From assembly GCA_021776795.1 (NCBI GenBank), contig JAJFFC010000007.1:4824-68823 (forward strand): a stretch of 64,000 bases of DNA. Reading direction: 5' to 3'. Under the pieces are notes generated by a model. The model was not told the DNA's origin and ran no database searches. It saw only the letters and a list, made by a program, of their open reading frames with translations. Each line of letters opens with the position of its first letter. Position 1 is the stretch's first letter. This DNA comes from Planctomycetota bacterium. Lineage in GTDB: Bacteria; Planctomycetota; UBA1135. This document shows positions 38,086 to 46,391 of the stretch, piece after piece. The translations under genes and the position numbers were made by a program.

Positions 38086-39294
38086 TTGAATTCACCAATT
38101 TCTAAGCTAAACTCCAGCATGGTCAGAAGAATCGCCCAGGACCGGGTGGAGGCGGCGGCAGCGTCCTTCCCGGTGGTCACGCTCACTGGGCCGCGCCAGT
38201 CCGGCAAGACCACTCTCTGTCGCGCGGCTTTCCCGGACAAGGCTTACGTCAACCTAGAAAGTCCGGATCACCGGGCCTTTGCCTTGGAGGATCCAAGAGG
38301 CTTCCTTGCCCAGTTCCCACAGGGTGCCATCCTGGACGAGATCCAGCGCACGCCGGAGCTGCCTTCCTATCTGCAGGGGCTGGTGGACGCGGAACCGGTC
38401 AAGGGTCGCTGGATTCTCACCGGCTCTCAAAACCTCGGCCTGATGGATTCCGTCAGCCAGTCTCTCGCCGGGCGGACTGCCGTCTTGCACCTCATGCCCT
38501 TGAGCCTGGACGAGTTGATGGCCTTTCCGAATGCCCCCAACACCCTCGACGAGGTCCTTTTCTGCGGCGGATATCCGCGCATCTTTGACCAGAACATTCC
38601 GGCATCGGATTGGTTGGCTTCTTATGTGGCCACCTACCTCGAGCGCGATGTGCGGCAGATTTCTCAGGTCGGGGATTTGACCGTGTTTCAAAAGTTCCTC
38701 GGCCTCTGTGCTGGCCGCACTGGGCAGCAATTGAACTACAGCAATCTCGCGGCGGATTGTGGAGTGTCGCAACCCACGGCCAAGCACTGGCTGTCCATCC
38801 TCGAGGCGAGCTTTCTGGTTTATCTCCAACCGAGCTGGTCGGGGAATCATCGCAAGCGCTTGGTGAAAATGCCCAAAATGCACTTCATGGATGTGGGGCT
38901 GGCCTGCTGGCTGCTTGGCATCCGCGCACCCGAGCACCTATCGCTACACCCCTTGCGCGGGGCACTGTTCGCATCGTGGGTGTTGTCGGAAATTCGCAAG
39001 CACCGTCTGCACCGCGGCCAGCCCGGGACTCTACATTACTATCGGGATCACGGCGGGGGCGAGGCCGATCTTCTGCTGGAGACCCCCCAAGGAATGATCT
39101 TGGCCGAGGTGAAAGCGGGGCAAACGATTTCTTCCGAGGCATGGAAAGGCCTATCGCGGGTGGCGCAAGGATTCGCGAATGGGCAGGGCTGCCAGCAGAT
39201 GGTGGTGTATGGAGGAGAGGAGGAACAGGCGCGTAAAGATGTCCTGGTCCTGCCGTGGCGAGCGGTGCAAGATATCGCTTGGTGCGGGGAGTAA
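38086..39294 (+). CDS. AAA-family ATPase with DUF4143 (AAA_14/DUF4143 type)
   Basis: Walker A LTGPRQSGKTTL, with the family-typical length and C-terminal region. Confidence 0.8.
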   Translation: MNSPISKLNSSMVRRIAQDRVEAAAASFPVVTLTGPRQSGKTTLCRAAFPDKAYVNLESPDHRAFALEDPRGFLAQFPQGAILDEIQRTPELPSYLQGLVDAEPVKGRWILTGSQNLGLMDSVSQSLAGRTAVLHLMPLSLDELMAFPNAPNTLDEVLFCGGYPRIFDQNIPASDWLASYVATYLERDVRQISQVGDLTVFQKFLGLCAGRTGQQLNYSNLAADCGVSQPTAKHWLSILEASFLVYLQPSWSGNHRKRLVKMPKMHFMDVGLACWLLGIRAPEHLSLHPLRGALFASWVLSEIRKHRLHRGQPGTLHYYRDHGGGEADLLLETPQGMILAEVKAGQTISSEAWKGLSRVAQGFANGQGCQQMVVYGGEEEQARKDVLVLPWRAVQDIAWCGE

Positions 39295-39299
39295 ATGCC

Positions 39300-39800
39300 A
39301 TGGTCTACCTCCGCGCCACGAAAAAAGTCCTCGACCGGCTGCCGGCAACGCCGCACCCGCAAGCAGAAAGCGCGGCGCCCCCCAATGCCCTCGGCGATTG
39401 GTTTGTGACGCGCTTCGTGAGTCGTCGGCAGCCTTACTTGCTCCTGCTCAGCAGCACGACGCGGCTGGCCATTTTGGACGCGGCCAAAGATGTCCGCGGC
39501 TTGCCCCAACGCCTACCTCTGCTGGTGGAGCAGCGGCTGTGGGAAATGGGGATTGGGGCGGCGCAGGTGCAGCAAGAGCTTGCCGACATGGGCGCGGTGC
39601 AAGTGGCGCCCACGAATGACCGCTCCACCCTCGGCGCGCTGAATCTCTTCGTCGCCGCGACGCAAGTTTGTCTGGAGCAGGAAGAAGGGAGCCCGCGCCA
39701 GCTCAAGGCGATTGTCGAAAGCTTTCTGGAAGAGCACTTTTCCCGTCGTGGGAAGGAGTACATCTTCCCTGCCGAGGCGGTACGGGAGTTGTTGGGTTAG
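39300..39800 (+). CDS. hypothetical protein, tightly linked downstream of the AAA ATPase
   Basis: ATG 39300 lies 5 nt after the ATPase stop. 166 aa with no recognised motif. Confidence 0.45.
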   Translation: MVYLRATKKVLDRLPATPHPQAESAAPPNALGDWFVTRFVSRRQPYLLLLSSTTRLAILDAAKDVRGLPQRLPLLVEQRLWEMGIGAAQVQQELADMGAVQVAPTNDRSTLGALNLFVAATQVCLEQEEGSPRQLKAIVESFLEEHFSRRGKEYIFPAEAVRELLG

Positions 39801-39872
39801 GGAGGGGTGCTGGACCGGGAATGGTGTTGCTTCGCACTATTATCCAAGATCGCGTGAAGTACCAGCCACTAT

Positions 39873-41237
39873 CTAGCCCCTCTGGTAACCCTTGGCAGCG
39901 GCAACAAACCGCGCCGTCGCCCGGTAAAGAATGGGGCGACCGACCTGGCGTTGGAGCAAGCCTAAAGCAACCAAGGCTTCTAGGTCCTTCCTCGCGGTCA
40001 CTTGCGACACACCATGGAAGCGTGCATGCCCTTGTTGGGTGAAGACATCATTCGGCGCTTTGCGAAGGCGGTCGAACAAAGCCAGTTGGCGCAAAGTTAG
40101 ATTCTTGTCCAGCCTGAGCTGGGCGCGCGCATAAGTCGACAGATCTTGGCGATGGTTGAGGAAGCTCGCGAAGCGGGCCATTTCCTGTTCTACAGCCTGC
40201 GTCTGCTGGCGAACCAGATAGGTGGAGTCGTACTCATCGAGCTCAGCAAAACGGAAGGCGTCGTAATAAGCCTGCTTGTGGTGATTGGTCATGCGCGAAG
40301 CCGAGAGCATGCCGATCCACCAATACTCTGGGCAGCGCAGCAAACGCCACAGGAATAACCAGCGTGCGGTACGACCGTTGCCGTCGCCGAAGGGGTGATC
40401 GTAGGCGAGTTGATAGTGCAGAAGACAAGCTTGCACAAAGGAAGGTATGGGTCCATCGCGGTCGTCGCGATTGGCGAACTTGCACAACAACTCCATGCGT
40501 GCGGGAATGTCCTCGGCTGGCGGGGGAGTGTGAACAATCTCTCCCGTCGACGGGTCTTGCACTGTCACCATGTCCGGTCGGAATTGACCGGAATCAGCTT
40601 CGCGCTCCAAAGTGTTTGCGGTGAGGATTTCCTGAATCTCGCAAAGGCGCGCGGGCGTCATCGGCTCTCGTGCCCATTGGCTCATCCTTTCGCCGGCGCG
40701 GTAATTGTTGAGGATCATCCATTCTGATTTTGTGCGTGGTTCACGATCTTCACGAATCATTTTGCGCGCTTCTCTGCGCGTGGTGACTGCACCTTCGATG
40801 ACGGCGGAGTAGTAGGCTTCGTCGATCAAGGCCTTAAGGCCGAAGGACTGCATTTCTTCCGCCAGTTGCGCGCTTGGCTGTTCTGGGAGACCCGCGAGGA
40901 GCAAATCGCGGTGAGCCGTGATGCGCCGGACTGCTGCATGCAGGGGGTCGGTCATGGAGACCGCAATGGGGGCGCCATTCTTGGCTTGAAACGGCAAGGA
41001 CTTCGCGGCGGCAAGCCGTGCCGTGCGCACGAGCGCCCACCCTTCTTCGCGGCTGATGCCCGCAGGAAATGGCTCCTTGTGGCGGAACTTGGTCCAGTGC
41101 AGATAGGTGTCTCTCGCGTCGGCAAGTTCCTCAACTTGCTTGCGCAGATCGGGCGCATGGGTGAGGAGTTGAATCCAGCGCTGAGGGTCCTGGGTGAGGA
41201 CCTTCTTCCAGTTCGGCGGGGAGATGATTCTGCCCAT
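39873..41237 (-). CDS. Fic/DOC family protein (class II, with N-terminal inhibitory helix and C-terminal wHTH-like region)
   Basis: Fic motif HPFGDGNGRTAR (40362-40397) and an intramolecular inhibitory motif SAVIEG, i.e. (S/T)xxxE(G/N), at 40791-40808. Confidence 0.85.
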   Translation of the reverse strand: MGRIISPPNWKKVLTQDPQRWIQLLTHAPDLRKQVEELADARDTYLHWTKFRHKEPFPAGISREEGWALVRTARLAAAKSLPFQAKNGAPIAVSMTDPLHAAVRRITAHRDLLLAGLPEQPSAQLAEEMQSFGLKALIDEAYYSAVIEGAVTTRREARKMIREDREPRTKSEWMILNNYRAGERMSQWAREPMTPARLCEIQEILTANTLEREADSGQFRPDMVTVQDPSTGEIVHTPPPAEDIPARMELLCKFANRDDRDGPIPSFVQACLLHYQLAYDHPFGDGNGRTARWLFLWRLLRCPEYWWIGMLSASRMTNHHKQAYYDAFRFAELDEYDSTYLVRQQTQAVEQEMARFASFLNHRQDLSTYARAQLRLDKNLTLRQLALFDRLRKAPNDVFTQQGHARFHGVSQVTARKDLEALVALGLLQRQVGRPILYRATARFVAAAKGYQRG

Positions 41238-41395
41238 GAGGGGCGTAGTTTAGCATAAAGGCAAGTATTAAACTATGGGCGGGCATTTCTGTCAGGAAAT
41301 GCACGAAAAATGCTGATTTTAAAGGACTTAGGAGGACTTTAAGGGTGAGCTCCTCGAGTTAAACTAGGCTCCGTTTAGCCATCATGCAGCCTAAA

Positions 41396-41431
41396 GATAA
41401 AGTCAGTCTTAAACGATAAAGTCATTGACTT
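41396..41431. promoter_or_regulatory. candidate operator: GATAAAGTCA direct repeat and AAGTCA-T-TGACTT palindrome upstream of the 41462 gene
   Basis: GATAAAGTCA occurs at 41396-41405 and 41415-41424. A perfect 6-bp-arm inverted repeat lies at 41419-41431. Both sit in an AT-rich 224-nt divergent intergenic region. Confidence 0.3.
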
Positions 41432-41461
41432 TAGTGACGAAATCAACTTTAATAAACTCTC

Positions 41462-42463
41462 GTGACCCGTTTCCAATCGCTCCGCGAATACCTCGGCCAG
41501 GCTACCGGGAGTCCCGTTTTGCTCAGGCCAGCACAGCGCCTTGAGAGCAGCCTGCCGTCCTATTTAGCTCATAGCTATTCCCTAGGTAGGGGAGAACTCT
41601 TCGGCCGGGAAATGGCCATCGCCCTGGCGACGTCAGCTAAGGACAACCCCCCAACCTTCCGGCGTCTCCAAGCCGACTACCAGGCCCTGCGGCAAGCATG
41701 CGGGGATCGTCCGTTGGCGCTGGCTTTCGAACATCTACCGTCCTACCTGCGCAGCCATCTCGTCGGGGCGCAGATTCCCTTCGTCGTCATTGGGCGCCAA
41801 ATCTTCCTGCCACATTATTGGGTCGATTTGCGCGACCGGGAGGAAGCTCCGCCGGAACCATCGCAGCCATTTCTGACCTGGAGTTCCCAAGTTGTCCTGT
41901 TGCGGCATTTACTTTGGCACGATGTGGAATCGTTGAGCCTTTCCAGTCTTGCCGGGAAGCTCAATTACTCCGCCATGGCCATGACCTTGGTTCATCGCCA
42001 GCTAGAGGCAGAGGAGTTGGCCACGACGCGCCGTAAAGGCCATAGCAAGTATCTTTCCTTTGCCGAGGAAGGCCGTGCTCTGTGGGAGTTGGCTTTACCA
42101 AAATTGCGAAAACCGTGGAGCCGCCGCATACCGGTTCAGGGAAGCAACCTTCCGACGTCGCACAAGGTATGGCATTCCGGACTAAGCGCGCTGGCGAAGC
42201 GGACCGCAATCAACGCGGATGGGTTCAAAGTTCGCGCTATCTTTGGCGATCAACTGCGCGAGGCCGAAAAGGAGCACGAGCTTTCCGTAGCCGAGCATAT
42301 GGAGTTCGCGCAAATCCAGCTGGAAATCTGGGAATATGACCCAGGAGTATTGGCGGAAGGCCGCAGCGTAGATCCCTTATCCCTGTTCCTGTGTTTACAG
42401 GAAGAGCCCAATGAGCGTATCCAGGGTGCCTTGGAAGATTTACTGGACGAGGTGAAGTGGTAA
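41462..42463 (+). CDS. putative winged-helix regulator, AbiEi-like antitoxin candidate
   Basis: GTG start. Central wHTH-like LSSLAGKLNYSAMAMTLVHRQLEAEELATTRRKGHSKYLSF. A 7-nt overlap with the downstream nucleotidyltransferase gene gives a TA-like layout. Confidence 0.45.
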   Translation: MTRFQSLREYLGQATGSPVLLRPAQRLESSLPSYLAHSYSLGRGELFGREMAIALATSAKDNPPTFRRLQADYQALRQACGDRPLALAFEHLPSYLRSHLVGAQIPFVVIGRQIFLPHYWVDLRDREEAPPEPSQPFLTWSSQVVLLRHLLWHDVESLSLSSLAGKLNYSAMAMTLVHRQLEAEELATTRRKGHSKYLSFAEEGRALWELALPKLRKPWSRRIPVQGSNLPTSHKVWHSGLSALAKRTAINADGFKVRAIFGDQLREAEKEHELSVAEHMEFAQIQLEIWEYDPGVLAEGRSVDPLSLFLCLQEEPNERIQGALEDLLDEVKW

Positions 42464-43221
42464 GCGGGCTTCCGATTTTTGCGCAGGCCTTTTCCGCAGA
42501 CCGTGATCAGTATGTCTTGATTGGTGGGGGAGCGGTCCACCTTCACTTAGAGAATGCAGGCTTAAGGACGCGCGCCACGAAGGATCTTGACTTGGTATTG
42601 ACCGCGCATGCACTAAATGAAGGATTTGTGCGGCGTTTCTGGACCTTTTTGATTGCCGGCGGGTATGAGAGCTGGCAAAGGGGCGAGGGCGAGCCTGTGC
42701 GCTACCGCTTTATGAACCCGAAGCAGGCAGATTATCCTGACATGCTGGAGTTGCTGGGTCGGCCATTAGGTGATCCGCCAGAGGGCCAAACCATTGCGCT
42801 GATGCCGACTGGTGAAGACCTTTCCGACTTGTCTGTGATCGTCTTGGAACCGGATATTTTCGAGGTGGTTCGTAATCAGCGACAAGTCATGGAAGGTGTG
42901 AGTTGCTTGTCGCCATGGGGCTTGATCTTGCTTAAGGCAAGAGCGTTCTTGGATTTATCCGCCAAGCGAGAGACGGGCAACGCCGTTCGCTCCTCAGATA
43001 TCCGTAAGCACCGCAACGATGTATTCCGCATGTCGGCATTGCTTGCTTCGGATCAAGACTGCCCGGCTCCTGATTCAACCCGGGAGACCCTTGCCCGCTT
43101 CCTGGATTCGGTTGAGACCGACGAGGAGTCCCACCCCAATATTCTGGCCAGCCTGGAAGGCTTGCCCGGCGGATCCATGGTCGAGCGGATTCAAGAGCTT
43201 AGAGCTTTGGCATTCGATTGA
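42457..43221 (+). CDS. nucleotidyltransferase, AbiEii/AbiGii toxin-like
   Basis: N-terminal LIGGGAVHLHLENAGLRTRATKDLDLVL resembles the AbiEii NTase motif (GG...R.T.D.D). The ~250-aa size also fits. Confidence 0.6.
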   Translation: MVSGLPIFAQAFSADRDQYVLIGGGAVHLHLENAGLRTRATKDLDLVLTAHALNEGFVRRFWTFLIAGGYESWQRGEGEPVRYRFMNPKQADYPDMLELLGRPLGDPPEGQTIALMPTGEDLSDLSVIVLEPDIFEVVRNQRQVMEGVSCLSPWGLILLKARAFLDLSAKRETGNAVRSSDIRKHRNDVFRMSALLASDQDCPAPDSTRETLARFLDSVETDEESHPNILASLEGLPGGSMVERIQELRALAFD

Positions 43222-43237
43222 ATCTTGCCTAGAGTGG

Positions 43238-46200
43238 ATGCTTCCTATGCCCAACCTCCCGCCCGGCCGCTATGAACGCCTGATTGATCGTCAGCTCCGT
43301 GCGGAGCTTGCGGCCGCGCGGACGGAGTTGGAGTTGGCCAAGGTCCACCCGGCCGAAGCGCCCGATGCCTTGGTGCAGTTCCTGATCCCGCGACTGCAAA
43401 GAGCGCTAGCTGCCGTCGGCAAGGACAAGGTTGACCAGCAATGGGAGTTGTGCAATCAGATCATGCAGCTGTTGGAAGGGGAGGAGACTGCCGACCCCGC
43501 CGACCTTCTTGACCCGGCACAGGAAGCGCTGCTTGCCGTCGCCCGGCCGTGTCAGGGCTTAGCGGAAACCGCAGACTTCCCACCACGACCGCAGCTTTCG
43601 TTGAGCCTCTCCGAGTTATTAGTCAACGGCCGCGGCGAAGCTTCCGTCGGCAAGGTCTTGGCGGAAGAGATTCCCTCTGCCGATCACGTCGACCTTCTGT
43701 GCTCCTTCTTGAAGTGGAGTGGCTTCTTGTTGATTCGCGATTCTTTGGCTGAACTGCGCGCGCGCGGCGGGCGGCTGCGAGTGTTGACCACCGCCTACTG
43801 CGGCGCCACCGAAGAGCGCGTTTTGGACGCCCTGCAAGAACTCGGCGCCGAGGTTTCGGTGTCACTCGATACGCGCCGCACGCGCCTGCACGCCAAAGCC
43901 TGGCTATTGCACCGCGAGTCCGGCTACTCCACGGCCTTTATCGGTTCCTCGAATCTCTCCGCCGCCGCCATGCAGCAAGGCCTGGAATGGAATGTGCGCG
44001 TAAGCGCGATTGAGAACCCGGCCATCCTGAATCGCTTTGCCGCCACCATCGATAGTTACTGGGAGGACAAGGAGTTTCAGCCGTGGAGTGCAGAAGTCGT
44101 GCGCAAGCAGTTCCGCCGCGTGCTATCTGCGGAACGGCCAGGCGCCGGCGACGGTGACATGCCGCTCCTTGGCATTCGCATTTCTCCCTATTCTTTCCAG
44201 GAGGAGATCCTGGAGAGGCTGGATGTCGCTCGTAAGGTACATGACCGGCACCAAAATTTAGTTGTTGCCGCTACGGGTACGGGCAAAACGGTGGTTGCCG
44301 CCTTCGATTACGCGCGCCTTTGCCGCGAACGTCAGGTGATTTCTCCCGGTGCGCCTCGCCCAAGCTTGCTCTTTGTCGCGCACCGCAAGGAAATCCTGCA
44401 ACAGAGCCGGCGGACTTTTTGTGAGGTGTTGCAAGACCCATCTTTTGGTGAGTTCCTGGTCGATGGCCGCAGGCCAGAAGAGGGCAAGTATGTGTTCGCC
44501 TCGGTGCAATCCTTGAGCCAACTTAAGTTAGAGAACATTGGCGCAAAAGACTTCGACATGGTCATTGTCGATGAGTTCCATCATGCGCAAGCCGCCACTT
44601 ATCAGGCATTCCTCAAACACCTGCAGCCCAAGGAACTCCTTGGCTTAACCGCGACTCCCGAACGCGCTGATGGCCACTATGTCCAGGACACCTTTTTCGG
44701 CGGGCGCATTACTGCCGAACTCCGCTTGTGGGACGCCCTCGACCGCGGCTTATTGGCACCCTTTCACTACTTCGGCATTGCCGACGGCACCGATCTAACC
44801 AATGTGCCTTGGCAACGCTCGGGCTACCAAATCACCGCCTTGAGCAAGGTGTATAGCGGGAATGATGTCCGCGCGCGCCTGGTCGAACAACAGATTCGCG
44901 ATAAGGTCGCGCGCCCGGAACATATGCGCGCGCTTGGCTTCTGCGTTTCAGTAGAGCATGCGGAGTTCATGGCCGCCAAGTTCCGCGAGTGGGGCTACCG
45001 CGCGAAGTCGGTGACGGGGGACACCCCCATGGAGGAACGCGCGGGAGCGATCCAAGACTTGCGGCAGGGGGCATTGCAAATCATCTTTGCGGTCGACATC
45101 TTCAATGAAGGTGTGGACATTCCTAGCGTCGACACTTTGCTGCTCTTGCGCCCGACCGGCAGCGCCACCATTTTCCAGCAACAGCTCGGCCGCGGCCTTC
45201 GATTCTCGGAAGGCAAAGAGTGCCTGACCGTGTTGGATTTCATCGGCCAGGCCAACCGCAAGTACTCCTGGGCTACCGTGTTGCGCGGCCTAACCGGCGC
45301 CAGCCCGCGGCAGATTGAGTCCATGGTGGCAGAAGGCTTTACCACCTTGCCGCCGGGTTGCTCGATGCAGCTCGACAAGCAATCCAAGGAGCATGTCCTG
45401 GAGAATATTCGCCAAGCCACGCACAACGCTTGGGCTGGGCTGGCGCAGGATCTTCGTCGGTACTCCAAAGGGACCACCCTCGAACGCTTTATGCAGGAAG
45501 AGCAACTCGAGCTCGAGGATATTTACGAGCGGCCCGGCCGAAGTTGGACTGAGTTGCGTGCGAAGGCAGGATTGCTCGATGCGCCAGAGTTTGATGATCC
45601 GTGGAAGGCTTTGGCGCGTTTGCGCAGCCTAGATGACCCGGATCTGCTCCGCGCAGGACTGCGCCTGACCGAGAATCCGCATCGTTTATGGCGCCCCGAG
45701 GAGAAGCGGCAGCTGGGAATGCTGGCCGCCGTGCTTTTGAAATCCTTGGAAGCCCATGCGCCGGAGCAGCTCTGCAAGTTTGTCCACGAGAATCCTCTCT
45801 ACCGGGAGGAGCTGCAAGTGTTTTTTGCCGCGCTGTTGGATCGGGTGACGCATGCGCCAATCGCCCTGGCCGGCATTCCCGAGTTGCCTCTGAATATCCA
45901 CTGCCGCTACACCCTGGACCAAATCATGGCGGCATTTGATTACCGCTCCACCGTGCGCGAAGGCGTGCGCTTCCATGAGCCCTCTGGCGCCGACCTGTTC
46001 TTCGTGACCCTGAACAAATCCGAAAAGGATTACTCGCCGCGCACGATGTATAAGGACTACGCCATCTCTCCCGAACTATTTCATTGGGAAAGCCAAAACA
46101 AAACGCGGCCTGAATCCCCAACCGGAAAGCGCTACGTCAGCAAGCGCACGGAGAAGAACCCCGTTCTGCTCTTCCTGCGTCACGTGAAATCTGGCCGTGG

Positions 46201-46342
46201 CGGTGTGACAGAGCCCTACTTCTTTGCTGGGCCCATGACCTACATGAGCCACAAGGGTGCCCGGCCGATGCAAATCACCTGGCGCATGGAGCATCCATTG
46301 AGCGGGGACTGGTATCGCTTAGCGAAAATCGCGGCTGGCTAA
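43238..46342 (+). CDS. PLD-family nuclease + SF2 (type III restriction Res-like) helicase + DUF3427 fusion protein
   Basis: PLD HKD motif LHAKAWLL...FIGSSNLS. Helicase motif I AATGTGKT, motif II DEFHH and motif VI-like QQLGRGLR. The C-terminal FFVTLNKSEKDYSPRTMYKDYAISPELFHWESQ is typical of DUF3427. Start taken at ATG 43238. Confidence 0.8.
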   Translation: MLPMPNLPPGRYERLIDRQLRAELAAARTELELAKVHPAEAPDALVQFLIPRLQRALAAVGKDKVDQQWELCNQIMQLLEGEETADPADLLDPAQEALLAVARPCQGLAETADFPPRPQLSLSLSELLVNGRGEASVGKVLAEEIPSADHVDLLCSFLKWSGFLLIRDSLAELRARGGRLRVLTTAYCGATEERVLDALQELGAEVSVSLDTRRTRLHAKAWLLHRESGYSTAFIGSSNLSAAAMQQGLEWNVRVSAIENPAILNRFAATIDSYWEDKEFQPWSAEVVRKQFRRVLSAERPGAGDGDMPLLGIRISPYSFQEEILERLDVARKVHDRHQNLVVAATGTGKTVVAAFDYARLCRERQVISPGAPRPSLLFVAHRKEILQQSRRTFCEVLQDPSFGEFLVDGRRPEEGKYVFASVQSLSQLKLENIGAKDFDMVIVDEFHHAQAATYQAFLKHLQPKELLGLTATPERADGHYVQDTFFGGRITAELRLWDALDRGLLAPFHYFGIADGTDLTNVPWQRSGYQITALSKVYSGNDVRARLVEQQIRDKVARPEHMRALGFCVSVEHAEFMAAKFREWGYRAKSVTGDTPMEERAGAIQDLRQGALQIIFAVDIFNEGVDIPSVDTLLLLRPTGSATIFQQQLGRGLRFSEGKECLTVLDFIGQANRKYSWATVLRGLTGASPRQIESMVAEGFTTLPPGCSMQLDKQSKEHVLENIRQATHNAWAGLAQDLRRYSKGTTLERFMQEEQLELEDIYERPGRSWTELRAKAGLLDAPEFDDPWKALARLRSLDDPDLLRAGLRLTENPHRLWRPEEKRQLGMLAAVLLKSLEAHAPEQLCKFVHENPLYREELQVFFAALLDRVTHAPIALAGIPELPLNIHCRYTLDQIMAAFDYRSTVREGVRFHEPSGADLFFVTLNKSEKDYSPRTMYKDYAISPELFHWESQNKTRPESPTGKRYVSKRTEKNPVLLFLRHVKSGRGGVTEPYFFAGPMTYMSHKGARPMQITWRMEHPLSGDWYRLAKIAAG

Positions 46343-46391
46343 GCAATAATCACCCGCCGGCACATTCTGGAATCGACGCTAAACTCTAAGC

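Noticed and set aside
37465-41237. Functional link between the HIT hydrolase and the Fic AMP-transferase (de-AMPylation/AMPylation pair)
   Set aside because: The idea is chemically attractive. However, the genes are on the same strand separated by two plus-strand genes, are not co-transcribed, and nothing in the sequence supports the link. The HIT gene is coupled to the HNH gene instead.
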